From Octopus sinensis (lineage: Eukaryota), in the NCBI RefSeq assembly GCF_006345805.1, contig NC_043006.1:69998001-70062000 (forward strand): a stretch of DNA of 64,000 nt, written 5' to 3'. Numbering within the stretch: position 1 is the first letter of the stretch; every line of letters starts with the position of its first letter. Of the stretch, positions 24,885 to 39,286 are shown piece after piece. The notes under the pieces were generated by a model, which searched no databases, had not been told where the DNA came from, and saw nothing but the letters and a program-made list of their open reading frames with translations. The translations under genes were made by a program, and so were the position numbers.

Positions 24885-25029
24885 CTCTGCGTGTTTGTGT
24901 GTGTGTGTCTGTGTATCTGTGTGTGTGTGTGTGTGTGTCTGTGTATTTGTGTATGTGTGTGTGCGCGCGCGCGCGTGGTGCTGCCTATGTATAAAGAGAG
25001 GCTGAGATATTTAAATAGACTGTCAGATA

Positions 25030-25054
25030 GATAGATACATAGATGCATAGATAG

Positions 25055-25146
<92 letters not shown>

Positions 25147-25242
25147 GATTGTTTGTAGGTAGCTAAGTTGATAGGAAGGTAGGTAGGTAGGTAGGTAGGT
25201 AGGTAGGTAAGTTGCTAGACTCAAACAGACAGACAAATAGAT

Positions 25243-25301
<59 letters not shown>

Positions 25302-25312
25302 ACAGACAGATT

Positions 25313-25389
<77 letters not shown>

Positions 25390-25633
25390 CAGACAGACAG
25401 GTAGATAGATAGACAAACAGACAGACAAGTAGATAGATAGACAGACAGATAGATAGATAGATATTTAGATAGATAAGTTTCTTTATTGGTCACACAGAGC
25501 TGCACACAGATGGGACAAGGTACAAGGTAGAGCTTTTCTTTTGGGGGAGAAAAAAAAAAGGTGGCGTAGGTTTTCGATCAAAAGGGATCGTAAAACGGAA
25601 AAAAGAAAAAAAAAGAAAAAACGGAAAAGAAAA

Positions 25634-25699
<66 letters not shown>

Positions 25700-25700
25700 T
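25030..25700. repeat. (GATA)n/(GACA)n/(GA)n compound microsatellite
   Basis: Direct reading. Confidence 0.9.
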
Positions 25701-26239
25701 ATTGCTTCGAACTCTTTATACATAAGTGTGAGTGTATCTGTATGTGCGACTGGTTCTATGTAAGGTTCTAATATTGTCCTACTATCAGTTTTTTTAAATA
25801 ACGATCTTAGCCTTATTTATATAAATTTATAAATAAATATAGACAGATATATACTTATACATATAAGAAACAGTTTATAAGAACAGTTTCTTTTTTTATT
25901 TAACAGCCTCTATATGGTTGCCATTGTTTTGAATACACATTGCAATACGTTTACCCAACTCATTGTGAACACGTAATTGTATATCTGGTGATACCTGCTG
26001 TTGTTGATATATATGAAGTGTGTCTGTGTGTGTGTGTGTGTGTGTTTGTCCCCACTAAACCGTCGCTTGACAACCGATGCTGGTTTGTTTATATCCCGTA
26101 AACTGGCGATTCGACAAAAGTGACCGATAAAATAAGTACTAGACTTATTTTATAAGTTCTGGGATCGATTTGTTCGACTGAAGGCAGTGTTTCAGCGTGG
26201 CCACAGTCTAATGACTGAAACAAATAAAAAAGCAAAAGA

Positions 26240-26289
<50 letters not shown>

Positions 26290-26325
26290 ATATATATATA
26301 TATATTATTATATATATTATATATA

Positions 26326-26435
<110 letters not shown>

Positions 26436-26855
26436 TATATATAATATATAAGATATACACGCGCGCGCACACCACACACACACCGCGCACACATTTCATG
26501 CCCTTCATTAGGAATTTTCTCTTTCCTCACTGTGTCACCGTCTTTCCATTTACCTCACTCTCTCTCTCTCTCCCTCTATTACTCACCCGCTATTTCTTCC
26601 TCTCCTCTCTTCTCACTCTTCCATCTCCACCTAGTACATATCTCTTCACATCGACTCGAGTTCATTGTATGTAAACCTCACGTTTCGTCACAGAATCGCA
26701 TAGACACACGCTTCAAACTGATTCCAAGCTCAGCTTCAAAAGATTTCCCATCATTGGCTTCCATCAGCGGTTATCAATCGGGAGTCCATACGAGATTTCT
26801 TTGTCAAACTTTATGCGCAATGAATTGCTAATGCTTCTGCAATACATAAAATATA

Positions 26856-27145
26856 TCACGAGGTAGTGAGTTCGATTCCCGGACAGGGCTGTGTGTTGTG
26901 TTCTTGAGCAAGACACTTTATTTCACGTTGCTCCAGTTCACTCATCTGTAGAAATGAGTTGTGCTATCACTGGTACTAAGCTGTATCGGCCCCCTTTCCT
27001 TTTCCTCAGACATCAGTGATGTGGAAAATGGAGACTGGTATGCATGGGCAACTGTTAGTTTTCCATAAAAATCTTACCTGGATTGTGCCTCGGAGGGGAA
27101 CTTTCTAAGTGCAACCCCATGGTCATTCATGGCCGAAGGGGTTCT
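26856..27145 (+). mobile_element. tRNA-derived SINE family E, 5'-truncated
   Basis: GAGTTCGATTCCCGGAC B-box followed by TGTGTTCTTGAGCAAGACACTTTATTTCAC. Homologous to 52261-52600. Confidence 0.8.
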
Positions 27146-27419
27146 TATCGTCTTTACCTTTATTGCATAAAATATTTTAATGATTATTTTTAGACAATTC
27201 CTAATATTTCATTATAAAACTATTCTGTTACTTATTTCAGTCGTGCTTGAGCACCACCTCTAGTCGAACTAATCGACCTCAAGACTAATTCCTTGCAAGC
27301 CTAGTATTTATTCTATCGGTCTCTTTTACTGAACCGCTAAAACCCCTGAGCTATTTCCCTTTATCATCACAGAATAATCGCTTGACTAGAGATGGCAACA
27401 GCATATCTTGTTCGAAGTA

Positions 27420-27750
27420 CCGTATTTGATGGCCTATAAGGGCATAGGATGCACCCTAGCCTAGGCTATACTTTTGTAAAATAAATTACCACTAAAATAA
27501 ATGTTTTAATTCCTCCACTTACCTGTATAACTTTATGTTATTACCGGTAATTATAAGCATTTATTGCATCCACATTCGATATAAACAGACCGTAGGTGTT
27601 TGTTCACCAATAGATGGCAGCACACGTTTTGTAAACTTACATACCGTTTTGAGCGAATTGTGAGCCTATATTGAGTGCATTGGACGAAGAGAGATTTTAG
27701 CCATTTTTTGTTAAAAAAAAAAGGTGCGTCTTATAGGCTATCAAATACGG
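27420..27750. mobile_element. pogo/Tigger-type MITE (21-bp TIRs, TA target duplication)
   Basis: TA|CCGTATTTGATGGCCTATAAG ... CTTATAGGCTATCAAATACGG|TA, a 20/21 match. Confidence 0.85.
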
Positions 27751-28155
27751 TATGTACTTTTCAAAGTAACACACAGTCACTGATCTCAAAAATATAGAAA
27801 CTGTTAGTTCTAAATCTTTGAACGATAAATATCCAGCAGCAGTACGATGGAGTGAAGTTTCTTTGCCAACGATGTTTTCCTGGGGCTAAATAACAGTAAC
27901 ATTGGTCCTAATCAGGACTGCCACTTTACGTTGGCAAATAAACTTTACTTTATCGTACTGTTGCTGTATGTTTCTCGTTCAGAGATTTAGAACTAATAAT
28001 TTATCTATTTATATTTCCGACATTATCAAATAAAACCCCTACCAGCAGTGTGTGAATATCACCCCAAAATCCCACAGAAACTGGTATGTTACGGCCATTA
28101 AATTAGATCCTTTTACTTTGAATACACCATTGCTTGTGTTATTCCAAGAAGAAAA

Positions 28156-28372
28156 AGGCGGCGAACTGGCAGAATCGTTAGCACGTTGGACGAAATTCTT
28201 AGCAGTATTTCGCTCTTCGCTTTGTTCTGAGTTCGAATTCCGCCGAGTTTTACTTTGCCTTTCATCCTTTCGGGGTCGATAAATTAAGTACCAGCTACGT
28301 ACTGGGGTCGATCTAATCGATTAGCTCTGTCCACCAAAATTTCAGGCCTTGTGCTTTTAGTAGAAAGGCTTA
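28156..28372 (+). mobile_element. SINE family B
   Basis: GGCGGCGAACTGGCAGAATCGTTAGC...GAGTTCGAATTCCGCCGAG. Confidence 0.85.
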
Positions 28373-29869
28373 TTCCAAGAAGAAAGCGACATAGTAAGCG
28401 ATGAGAGGACAACACCAGAGAGTGGACTTTAATGAATGCAACACAGCTTGGTTCTCATATCTTTTCCATCAAACTCTCACTGACCCATTGACATATTGAC
28501 ACATATAAACAAACAACTCTAGTGCAAAGGGCCGAAACGGAATAAGCTGTAATATTATCCTCACAAACTTGACCGACAGGCCAGCTCTCCAGCTACTCTT
28601 GGCCTCTTTCTTAACTCCAACTCCTAGCCCTAACCCTTGTCCCCACCTTCACTTTCTCAACATCGACTAATTAAGACTACACGTTATATTTACTTCTTCT
28701 TAGCAATCTTTTTACCCTACAAACTGTTTCGTACTTCCGGTCATTTAACAGTTAGGAGACACATGATCGTGTGTCCGATAAATGCTTTCAAAGTATACAG
28801 CTCTGTCACTCCAAAACTCGTGAGAGCTTTTAACCACTGCTGCTGCAACTGCACAAATATAGGCAGACAATGATGCCTATAACACCTAGAGATGTTTAGC
28901 ACAGGTTATTACAAGTCTTACAGGTCGATGGAGCAGCTCTATGTCGTCGCTGAGTCTGCTAGATATAGCAAGAAATCTCCCTTAAATTACGACCTATTTC
29001 TTAAAAGAAGGAAGAATATATTCGAAAATTTGGCCTGAGATAACTCTAAAACTAGTCAAGGCTGAAATGCTTATTCATCATAAGTTTGGTCGCTTAACTA
29101 AATCAGTCATGTCGTTTTGTTAGACACCGGCCTGAAATCTCTCAAGAAAAGCTTAAATTAAAACACAATGAAAAATCATGCATGCATACATGCATACATA
29201 CATGCATACATACATACATACATACATACATACAACATACATACATACATACATACACACACATACATGCATACATAAATACAACATACACACATACACA
29301 CACACATACATACATACATACACACATACATACATATATACATACACACATTCATACATACACACATACATACATACATATACATATATACATACACACA
29401 TACATACATATATACATACATACATTATAAAAATAGGGTAAAGTAAATTAATTTACTTTACCACATACCGAGCTTTTTAGAAATAGCAGCCAGTATATAC
29501 ATATATGCATACATACATACATACATACATACATACATACATACATACATACATACATACATACATACATACATACATACATACATACAAAGAAAGATAC
29601 CCTGTTGTCAATGTTGAAATTCCAATGAAGGAGTTTGGATCTATGGTAGAAACCATAGTTTTTCCTTGTGGCTGGCCAGATCGGAGCAATCTCAAGATTA
29701 ATCAGCCGAAATTGCGAGGATGATCCGGTTCTTGACTGAAGATTAGCTCGACTAAAGGCGGTGCTCAGCATGGCGGCAGTCAAATGACTGAAACAAGTAA
29801 AAGAGTAAAAGAGTAAAAGATTATATATATGTATATTTATATATATACATGCGGGAGAGGTATGCAGTA

Positions 29870-30270
29870 ATATACATCTGAAAGATCCTGGAAGGAATTG
29901 TGACAAATTTTTGCATTGGAAGCTACACCAATGCCAGAACAGGACGACACTGCATAGTGCCAAAGATCCCAGCAACGCCACAGCGCTTCAGGACCAGTTA
30001 CTGCAACAGCCTGGGTTTCAAGGGTCCACATCTTTTTAATATTCTCCCAAAGAGCCTGAGGAACCTGTACAAAGTAGATGTAGGCGTTTTTAAATCAAAG
30101 CTGGACCTCTTCCTGTCGAGAGTCCCAGATGAACCTACATCACGGCAAGAGGTGCAAATGAGGGTAGCCATCCTTCACAAAGTGGCACATATTGGAGGAG
30201 GTTCTCAGTAATAACAGTCTAGCAAAACGGCGGGCATCAGCATGGCCGCAGCTCTGAGCTGAAACTACAT
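29870..30270 (+). pseudogene. CR1-type LINE 3' fragment
   Basis: Near-identical to 57230-57640 (YTNARTGRHCIVPKIP...FKSKLDLFLSRVPDEP; tail CTCTGAGCTGAAACT). Confidence 0.85.
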
Positions 30271-30332
30271 AAAAAAATATACATATATAAATATATTGTA
30301 AATATATTAATATATATATATATATATATATA

Positions 30333-30405
<73 letters not shown>

Positions 30406-31190
30406 TATAACGCGCACATACATACGCATATATGCACATACAGACAGCCAGATAGTCAGAGAGACAGGCGGACTGACAGACAGGCAGTGCGACAGACAGA
30501 CGTACAACTAGCCAGGGAACCTCTTAAGATTTCAACAGTGTTCCATACAAGATACACACCCTACTACAAAGTGATTAGCTTATAAAACTTAATGTCAGGA
30601 GCTTATTTGCAAATGTCAAAGCGTCTGAAGATTTGGCGGCAAGAGTTACCCACCACCACCTAAGCCCACTCGACCTCCACACTTCCACTACATCACTCAA
30701 TTAATTCCCCTCTTCAGCATCGTAATAATTAGAATGAGAAAATTGCGTTCTCTTACTAACCTATCAGAGGATTACAGCAATGGTACCCATCTGCCTCCAT
30801 TTTTAGTTGCTGCCCGCTTTTTCCCCACCTTCTGTCGTCTGCTCTTTTCATTTAAACAACTTGAACTATTAACTATCACACTGCGTATATGTGTGCGTAT
30901 GCGTCTCCGTGTATCTGTTTGTGTGTACATGTCAAAGTGTATGTTATGAACGTTTGACTCTCCTTCTCTGTCTTCTCTCTCTCTCTCGCTCTCTCTCTCT
31001 AATTCTGTCTCTTTCTCACTGTCTCTCACGCTATGATATATATACATATATATATATATATAAAGAAAGACCTGAGATCAGGGAGGGAGAGGAATAGAAC
31101 GACAAGCATACGTTCATTCATTCATTAAAAGTATTTTCTCACGGGCAAATGTATGAAGTTATATAAGTGTATATGTGTACACACACACAC

Positions 31191-31221
<31 letters not shown>

Positions 31222-31285
31222 TTATATATATATATATGCATATATATATATGTGTATACATATATATGTATGTATGTATATAGTT

Positions 31286-31349
<64 letters not shown>

Positions 31350-31658
31350 TACATTGCTACGTCTGTTTTGCGTTCGACATTCTGTGTTCAAATGCCACTG
31401 GAGTGGACCCACTCTGAATGCCTGGGGCAACCTGACTCTGAAAATCTTTCCTCCGAATGGCAAATCATCAACTATAAATTATTGACGCTGTTTTTATTGA
31501 TTTTGCGGTGGCCATTGCTCCGGTTAAGTTGTTTAGCTCCATGTCAGGCCTCACCGAGGAGACCTACAGTCAAAGACTTTACATTCATGGCGATCTCAGA
31601 TTTGATTTTTCAAACAGTGTATCTATGAATACATCATTTAATAAAATAATATATACTT

Positions 31659-32095
31659 TAGGCGCAGGAGTGGCTGTGTGGTAAGTAGCTTGCTTACCAA
31701 CTACATTGTCCGGGTTCAGTCCCACTGCGTGGCACCTTGAGTAGGTGTCTTCTACTATAGCCTCGGGCCAACTGAAACCTTGTGAGTGGATTTGGTAGAC
31801 GGAAACTGAAAGAAGCCCGTCGTATATATGTATATATATATATATATATTGTGTGTGTGTGTGTGTGTGTGGTGTGTGTGTGTGTGTGTGTATGTGTGTG
31901 TATATGTTTGTGTGTTTGGGTTTGCAACCCCCAACATCGCTTGACAACCGATGCTGCTGTGTTTACGTCCCCGGCAAAAGAGACCGATAGAATAAGTACT
32001 AGGCTTACATAGAATAAGTCCTGGCGTCGATTTGCTCGACTAAAGGCGGTGCTCCAGCATGGCCGCAGTCAAATTACTGAAACAAGTAAAAGAGT
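31659..32095 (+). mobile_element. SINE family A, near full length
   Basis: Head, internal (TA)/(TG) tract and AAAAGAG tail all present. Confidence 0.9.
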
Positions 32096-32104
32096 ACTTA
32101 ACGA

Positions 32105-32315
32105 AGGTGACAAGCTGGCAGAATTGTAACCGCATCGGTAAAATGCTTAGCGGCATTTCTTCCGGTTTTACGTTCTGAGTTCAAATGTCGCCCGGGAATA
32201 CTTCACCTTTCATACTTTCAGGGCCGATAAAATAAGTTCCAGTTAAGTTCCAGCACTGGGATCGATGTAACCGTCTTACCGCCTTCCTAAAATTGATGGC
32301 CTTATGGCACAATTT
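32105..32315 (+). mobile_element. SINE family B, degenerate
   Basis: AAGCTGGCAGAATTG...TTCTGAGTTCAAATG. Confidence 0.7.
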
Positions 32316-32832
32316 GAAACCTATGTAATATACTTAACGTATGTGTGTAAATGAAAAACCAGAAACTGCAGTATTTTGTTAGGGAAAAATTTATTTATAA
32401 GCGTATTGTGTTAAAAAAAATACAATAAACTTCAGAATTATGTGAAGCGAAACTGCCTTTAAAGTTCCTGCGTACTTCACCGTTGTTGCGGCTTTTCAGT
32501 GTCGTGTATTCATGTCACTTCTCTAACGAAATCGCATCAGCAAATCTGAAGTATACAGACGGTGTGTATCAACCAAGTACTGGTTTTCAAAGGTGTTGTA
32601 TAAGAAGAATAAAATTCGAATTATGTAATATAAGAACCTCTATAATAACATACTTCAAGTATGCGTCTAGTTTTCATTTTAGACCTACATCAGCTGTAAT
32701 TCTACAGATTAATAATCAAAGATGTTCAGACGTGACCATTCCCTTATATTTTTCAGGTATGTGTACCTTAAGACGGTAATACTGTAGGGTATGATTTGTG
32801 TGTATGATGTTGGCTTTCCCACGCAAATAACA

Positions 32833-32890
<58 letters not shown>

Positions 32891-32892
32891 TA

Positions 32893-32978
<86 letters not shown>

Positions 32979-32979
32979 C

Positions 32980-33490
32980 AGTACCAAAAAAATTCCATGG
33001 CTTCTGATCTTAACTGATTGGGAGTGTTATCATGTACACTGTTTTGTCTTGGTATAAAAGATGGACTACAGCAAATATTCTGCTCAATACCTCAGATTTG
33101 CTTGTCAGTTGTTTGACCTTAACCAGTTGAGCATATCCCTCAGTGGCTGACGATATGTGCATCTCTGATCACGAGCAGAAGTAGTGGAGGAGCATCATAG
33201 CCATGTGTTGGGACGGACCTTTGGGGGTTTCAATAACTCACCTCTGGAAACATGGGTGTTTCGTTCAACATCCTTAAACAACCCTTATTCAGGGACCTTT
33301 TGAGCGGGATGGACTACTCGACCACAAGAAAATTCTAACTGGACCCCACCTGCAAGGTCATGCGCAAATATGGTTGTGATGCATGTGCCTAGTGTACCCT
33401 TATCAGACGGGTAGTCATGATGGGTACACTGGGCTTCGTATATTTTAGCCCAGTGTCACTTTGATGGCATGCACTGCTCACTCACTCAAT
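32980..33490. mobile_element. Unclassified ~500-bp interspersed element between (TGA)n and (TAA)n
   Basis: Non-coding, sharply bounded by trinucleotide tracts, with strong terminal hairpins. Recalled as a common octopus repeat but not verifiable here. Confidence 0.4.
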
Positions 33491-33491
33491 A

Positions 33492-33541
<50 letters not shown>

Positions 33542-33555
33542 TAATAATAATAATA

Positions 33556-34700
33556 TAAATATACAGCTGGAAACTACTATAAAATAACCACCATAGGACT
33601 GCAAAATACCTACTTCAGAAGGAAGGAAAACTGATCCAGATAGCAGCAAAACACGAGCAAAACAAAAACTGTTTCAGTATTTAAGGAAGCTGACAAATAC
33701 AAACAAGAAATCATACCACCTAATAAACACAAGAAGAAGAAGAAGATGATGAAGAAACAACAAAAGCTATAAAACAAATGAAATCGAAACTAAAAATAGA
33801 ACAGCAACGAGCCATGATAAAACGATGGCAAGAAAAGCCCCTTCATGGTAAATACTGCACTAAACTAAACGCAAAAGAAATAGACAAAGAAAATCCCAGC
33901 AATGGTTGAGAAGCTCAGGACTCAAAGCAGAAACAGAGGGATTTTTAATTGCAGCACAATACCAAAGCCTCCCCACCAGAAATTACCAAAAACATGTAAT
34001 GAAAAGAAATATAACAAGTAACTGCAGAATATGTGGAGATGGACAAGAAACAATAAATCATATTATCTCTAGCTGCCCAGTCCTGGCTAAGAAGGAATAT
34101 ATTCACAGACATGACAGAGTTGAACCTACATACATTGGAAGCTATGCCAACATTATGGAATAACAACAGAAAAAAGATGGTATAAGCACACACCAGAAAA
34201 GTCACCAGAAAACGGTCACAGAAAACGAGAGCACCATACTCTGGGATATGCCGATACACACAGATAGAGAAATTAAGGCCAAAAGACCAGATATAGTTGT
34301 CAGAGATCATGAAGAAAAAAAATGCTTTCTAATTGATGTATCAATACCGGCAGATGACAACGTGTCTCTAAAAGAAATGGAGAAACTCTCAAAATACAAA
34401 GACCTGGAAATAGAGGTAACTAGAATTTGGAACCTGAAAACAGAAACAATTCCTATCATAGTAGGTGCATTAGGCATGATAAAAAAATATTCAGACAAAT
34501 ACATAACAAAAACACCAGGACTTACAAACACATATAACATACAGAAAATTGCACTACTAGGCACTGCACACATCCTACGCAGAACACTTTCCATACAATA
34601 ACATCAGGCATCACAACAAATCACAGCACATACCCAAGGCACACAGAGCTGCGCTCGGTAGTGAAGTGAAAGCACGGCTATAAAAATAAAAACTACTGAA
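33556..34700 (+). mobile_element. R4/Dong-clade RLE LINE, 5'-truncated, inserted in (TAA)n
   Basis: ETEGFLIAAQ..SLPTRNY, CCHC knuckle CRICGDGQETINHIISSC, RPDIVVRD..KKCFLIDVSIP...EKLSKYKDL, and PIIVGALG. The 3' end ACTACTGAA runs into (TAA)n and the 5' side is also (TAA)n. Confidence 0.9.
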
Positions 34701-35868
34701 TAATAATAATAATAATAGTAATAATAATATAATAATAATATAATAATAATAATAAAAAATAAAATAATAATATAACAACAACAACAACAACAGCAACAAC
34801 AGAAAATAGCGGATCAATTATCCAATCATAGTCTTTAGCCAGACCTGCAACTCCGGCAAAGAAAGACGTGCCTTATGCGGAAAATGTGCCCTACACACGT
34901 CGACTACATCTTTTAGCAGTGCAGGAATCACTGCGGATGCTACAGCAGAAGTTGCGTCTTCTGTCGAAATTTACAATTTACCTGTAACCAAATGCCTACC
35001 GATAACATGAAACTAAACAAGAGGAAGATATCAACTTTACAAAAAGCGAAGTGTATAAGCAAATATTTCAAGTCACACCGTCTTATAATAAAAATCCAAA
35101 TCAGTAACATAAGCTAAAGAAACTAACTCTGCAATGTCACCAAACGGTACAATATTCTACCAATTACCTTATTCTATAACGAAACCTTAGCACCAAGTTC
35201 ACGGAAAAATTAAGATTCATAACCAAAATAAATACATATGAATCCCGAATTAAGTCAGAAAAAGATTTCGTCAGCTCGTTCAAAACCTCAGTTCAGCTTC
35301 AGCGCAGCAAATGTGATAAAATATTTCATATCATTAATAACTATACGCTTCTGGCAAAAGATACAAGCTGTTCAAACGGAACATCATTAAAATTAGTTAC
35401 TGCTATGCATGGAATTAAAGGCACGTAATTCAAAACATCACCAGCTATATAGGAATTGAGAAGAGTTGCAAGTGCAATACATTTTTTTTTGTTCTGCTCA
35501 TTAACTGGAAACTTTAAAACAATTTTGCCTCCATGGCAACAGTACTGGGAAAGAGGGAAACTGACATTAACAATATCGATGCAACGAACCGGATATTCAA
35601 AGCTAGTTATATACAGAAAATATACTTGCTTCGTTATATTTACAGAAGGCATACCACGTATTAGCCGCAGCATTTTCGGGACTTAAGGAAGAGTTAGATT
35701 AATATATACGTAAACCACACTTTTAATTGATAATTCTAGACTATGCACTTCAGAAAACTATAATTACATAGCAAGTATGTTCTTTTCAACAAAAGAAATT
35801 TAATGCTTTGAAATTGTTTACACTGAAAAACATTCATATTGAAAGAAAAAAATTCTGAACTGTAAACC

Positions 35869-36040
35869 AGGCACAGGGGTGGCTATGTGGTAAGTAGCTT
35901 GCTTGCCAAACACATGGTTCTGGGTTCAGTCCCACTGCGTGGCACCTTGGGCGAGTGTCTTCTACTATAGCCTTGGGTCGACCAAAGCCTTGTAAGTGGA
36001 TTTGGTAGACGGAAACTGAAAGAAGCCTTCTGTATTTATG

Positions 36041-36072
<32 letters not shown>

Positions 36073-36270
36073 GTGTGTGTGGTGTGTGTGTGTGTGTATT
36101 TGTCCCCCCAACATCGCTTGACATCCGACGCTGGTGTGTTTACGTCCCCGTAACTTAGCGGTTCGGCAAAGAGAGAACGATAGAATAAGTACTAGGCTTA
36201 CAAAGAATAAGTCCTGGTGTCGATTTGCTCGACTAAAAGGTGGTGCTCCAGTAAAAGAATAAAAGAAAAG
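35869..36270 (+). mobile_element. SINE family A
   Basis: Head, internal microsatellite and tail present. Confidence 0.9.
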
Positions 36271-37067
36271 GTAAACAACCAGAGCTGAGACAACAGCGAA
36301 AACAGTAATGAAGTCACAACCATGTCAACAACTAAATAAACTTGGGAAAAAATGATAAGATAGCAACGATGTAATCATCACATAGGTACAAGACAACTAC
36401 TAAACAAGCAATGAATAAGCAATAAACAAAAACAATTCGGTAGCAAAATAGGATACGATTAAGCAATCGACGAACAGACAGGGAATAACTACCGAATGCG
36501 AATAAGCAGTTTTCAGAAAAACAACTTCAGAAAAACTGAATAGGGAAAACTATGACTATATAAGTAATAATGAAGTTGACCAGTAAAAACAAATTTACGA
36601 AATGACAAACGAATCGATAGCGACCATAGGTAATGTCTTAACAAAATAACATTAGAAACCAGTTCATGCAAACGCTAGACGTAGACAGAAGAATTTAGTC
36701 GGTTCAATGTAAATAACAAACGTTTGAATAACAAATGGAGTCAGTTCTTATTTGAGAAGTGGAGCTGTGTGAAAGTCGAAAAGCGATTCAGTTAAAATTA
36801 GCAATAGACTCTAAACTTGTATGTTCTTTTCTTTCTCTTCGTCGAACAGAATCATTTGAATGTGGACACACAACAAACACGCACGCAAATACGTACATAT
36901 GGATACACATACACACATATAAGCAACCATCTGTGTGTTGTGTGTGTGTGTTGTGTGTGTGTGTGTGTGTGTCTGGGGGGGTTATAACGAAGAATATAGA
37001 CTTCAGAAATTACCGTGAAATATAGTCCGTACCTGCTTCAACTTTCATCAGAATCTGAATCATACAT

Positions 37068-37099
<32 letters not shown>

Positions 37100-37127
37100 A
37101 TATGGATAGAGATATAGATATAGATAG

Positions 37128-37167
<40 letters not shown>

Positions 37168-37248
37168 TGTGTGTACATACATGCATACATACATATACAT
37201 AAATATACATACTATATATATATATAGGCATAATATATGTATATTTAC

Positions 37249-37279
<31 letters not shown>

Positions 37280-37298
37280 ATATATATAGTGGATATAT

Positions 37299-37385
<87 letters not shown>

Positions 37386-39058
37386 TGAAAGAGAAAAGAA
37401 AGGAAATAAAGACATTAACAGAGTGTGGCTGAGATACAAAAACGGGGGCGGATGGTATGCATCTATGTGTTGAAAATATATCCCAAGAGTGTACGGAGAC
37501 CGTAAAAAATTCCATAGCCCCCTCCGGTTGTCCATTTCCTACAGTATTTTCTCTGACATCACGAGTTCACAATGTCGTGACTGCATGCTGGGTAGAAAAT
37601 GTATTTCTTAAAGACGAAAGTGACATTTTATACTCGAACATTTTCAACAGTAATGTAAATATTTTAGACAAATATAACAAGTTTGGGGTGGGATTTAGTT
37701 TAGTGGATGAGTTTGTGATGCTTTTATTTCTGTAATATTGCGTGAAATGAAGGCAAAAACTAAATCTCTACGTTATCATTTTAAATACATTTGATGTGTT
37801 TTCATGAATACTTTGGCAAAAGCAGTGTTATTGACCTTAATGTCAGAAAGCGTGGACCGTATCTAGCATGCGAATCTTCAAGCAAAACTGTCTACGATTT
37901 GGTTCGATCCGTCGCATGTTATTTGGATCGGTGGCGCCCTGTCGGAGCACATCGTCGCCATCATCGATACAGCTCTCCTCCGTTCACAAGCTTATTAATT
38001 CTTATGTGCCGCCAGGTTTTATTTTGTCACCTAAACTTATGTCCTATATAACAAGACTTATTTTATCTTAACATCAAACAACGCCCAAATTAAGCAATTG
38101 ATGTTAATCATTCATCCCTAACTTCCCACACCCTAATTCTAAACCTACATTTAAGCTAGAAATCTCGCCCCAAACCCACACTGATTCCATTGACAGTGTT
38201 GTCGAAAACATTTCCTAATCAGGTCATGCCAATTCTCCTCATTGCAGAATTTTTTCTAACAATATAATCACTGCACATACCGAGAAAACATCATCACATT
38301 TCATTCCATCCCAACCCCTAAACCGTGCGATACAAGGACCCTCAATGTTTTATTTTAACGATTCTGTCCCCAACAAGGCTTGAAACCAGTGTAGTGTATG
38401 GGACTATAAAGAAAAAAAGGAAAGACGGAGCCTACAAATTCATAAGATGTTGATTGACAGGAAGCTTAAAAGACAGAATAGCAAAGGCCAAGGGAACAAG
38501 AAGACGATGGGGAGGAGTTCGAGAGAGCAGCAGTTCAAGGAAAGAAATCATTAGAATAAAATGATTTATGATTAACACGAAATTCAACAGAGAAACAAAG
38601 AAAACAAGCGACACGTTTTGAGAGATGGAACTAGACCAGAAAGTACATCAGTGCCAATGGCTATGGAAATACTTTTTGAAAAAAACAAGTGTATGGTGAT
38701 AACACCACTCTTGATGATCTTCATAATAGCAAATATGTATCTTCAGAGCCAAAACATTCTACAGACCTCAACAATTACTAACTCTTAACAAAGTTCAAGT
38801 GAAACCTACAATGATATACAGTTCCTACATCTGTATACGTCTGGAGCGGTGCTACTTTTTACAGCAACGACCTTCGTTTTCCTCGTAGGAGATGGATCTT
38901 TTCCTATTACTTTCAGTTAATCACTCTCCACTCACACATATTTATTCCTCCCGCTCTCCACAATCAGTCCTCTCCTTCCGGCCCTACGATAGCTACCAAT
39001 GGCTTGAGACGCTGCATTCTTCTCCGATACTTTACCATCTCAGTCAATTAATTATATT

Positions 39059-39286
39059 TATTTCTTTACTACCCACAAGGGGCTAAACACAGAGGGGACA
39101 AACAAGGACAGACAAACGGATTAAGCCGATTATATAGACCCCAGTGCGTAACTGGTACTTAATTTATCGACCCCGAAAGGATGAAAGGCAATGTCGATCT
39201 CGGCGGAATTTGAACTCAGAACGTAACCGCAGACGAAATACGGCTACGCATTTCGCCCGGCGTGCTAACGTGTCTGCCAGCTCGCC
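39059..39286 (-). mobile_element. SINE family B, full length, with rearranged target site
   Basis: Complete reverse-complement copy. See findings for the flanking duplication and inversion. Confidence 0.9.

Noticed and set aside
28618-28640. CCCTAACCCT telomere-like sequence
   Set aside because: Fewer than two full units, which is expected by chance.
33245-33410. Minus-strand CTGAATAA / CTGATAA and GAAAC..GTTTC as a hammerhead
   Set aside because: Non-canonical core, and no consistent stem I or stem II.
34850-35690. Possible decayed RT fragment (HGKIKIHN)
   Set aside because: Only one weak motif, with many stops. Cannot be distinguished from chance by eye.
37457-38071. Non-repetitive ORFs 37457-37735, 37791-38051 and 37868-38071
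   Set aside because: Short, overlapping and with no recognisable domain or convincing splice sites.
38410-38720. Possible RTE-like coding remnant
   Set aside because: No diagnostic motif could be recovered in a consistent frame.
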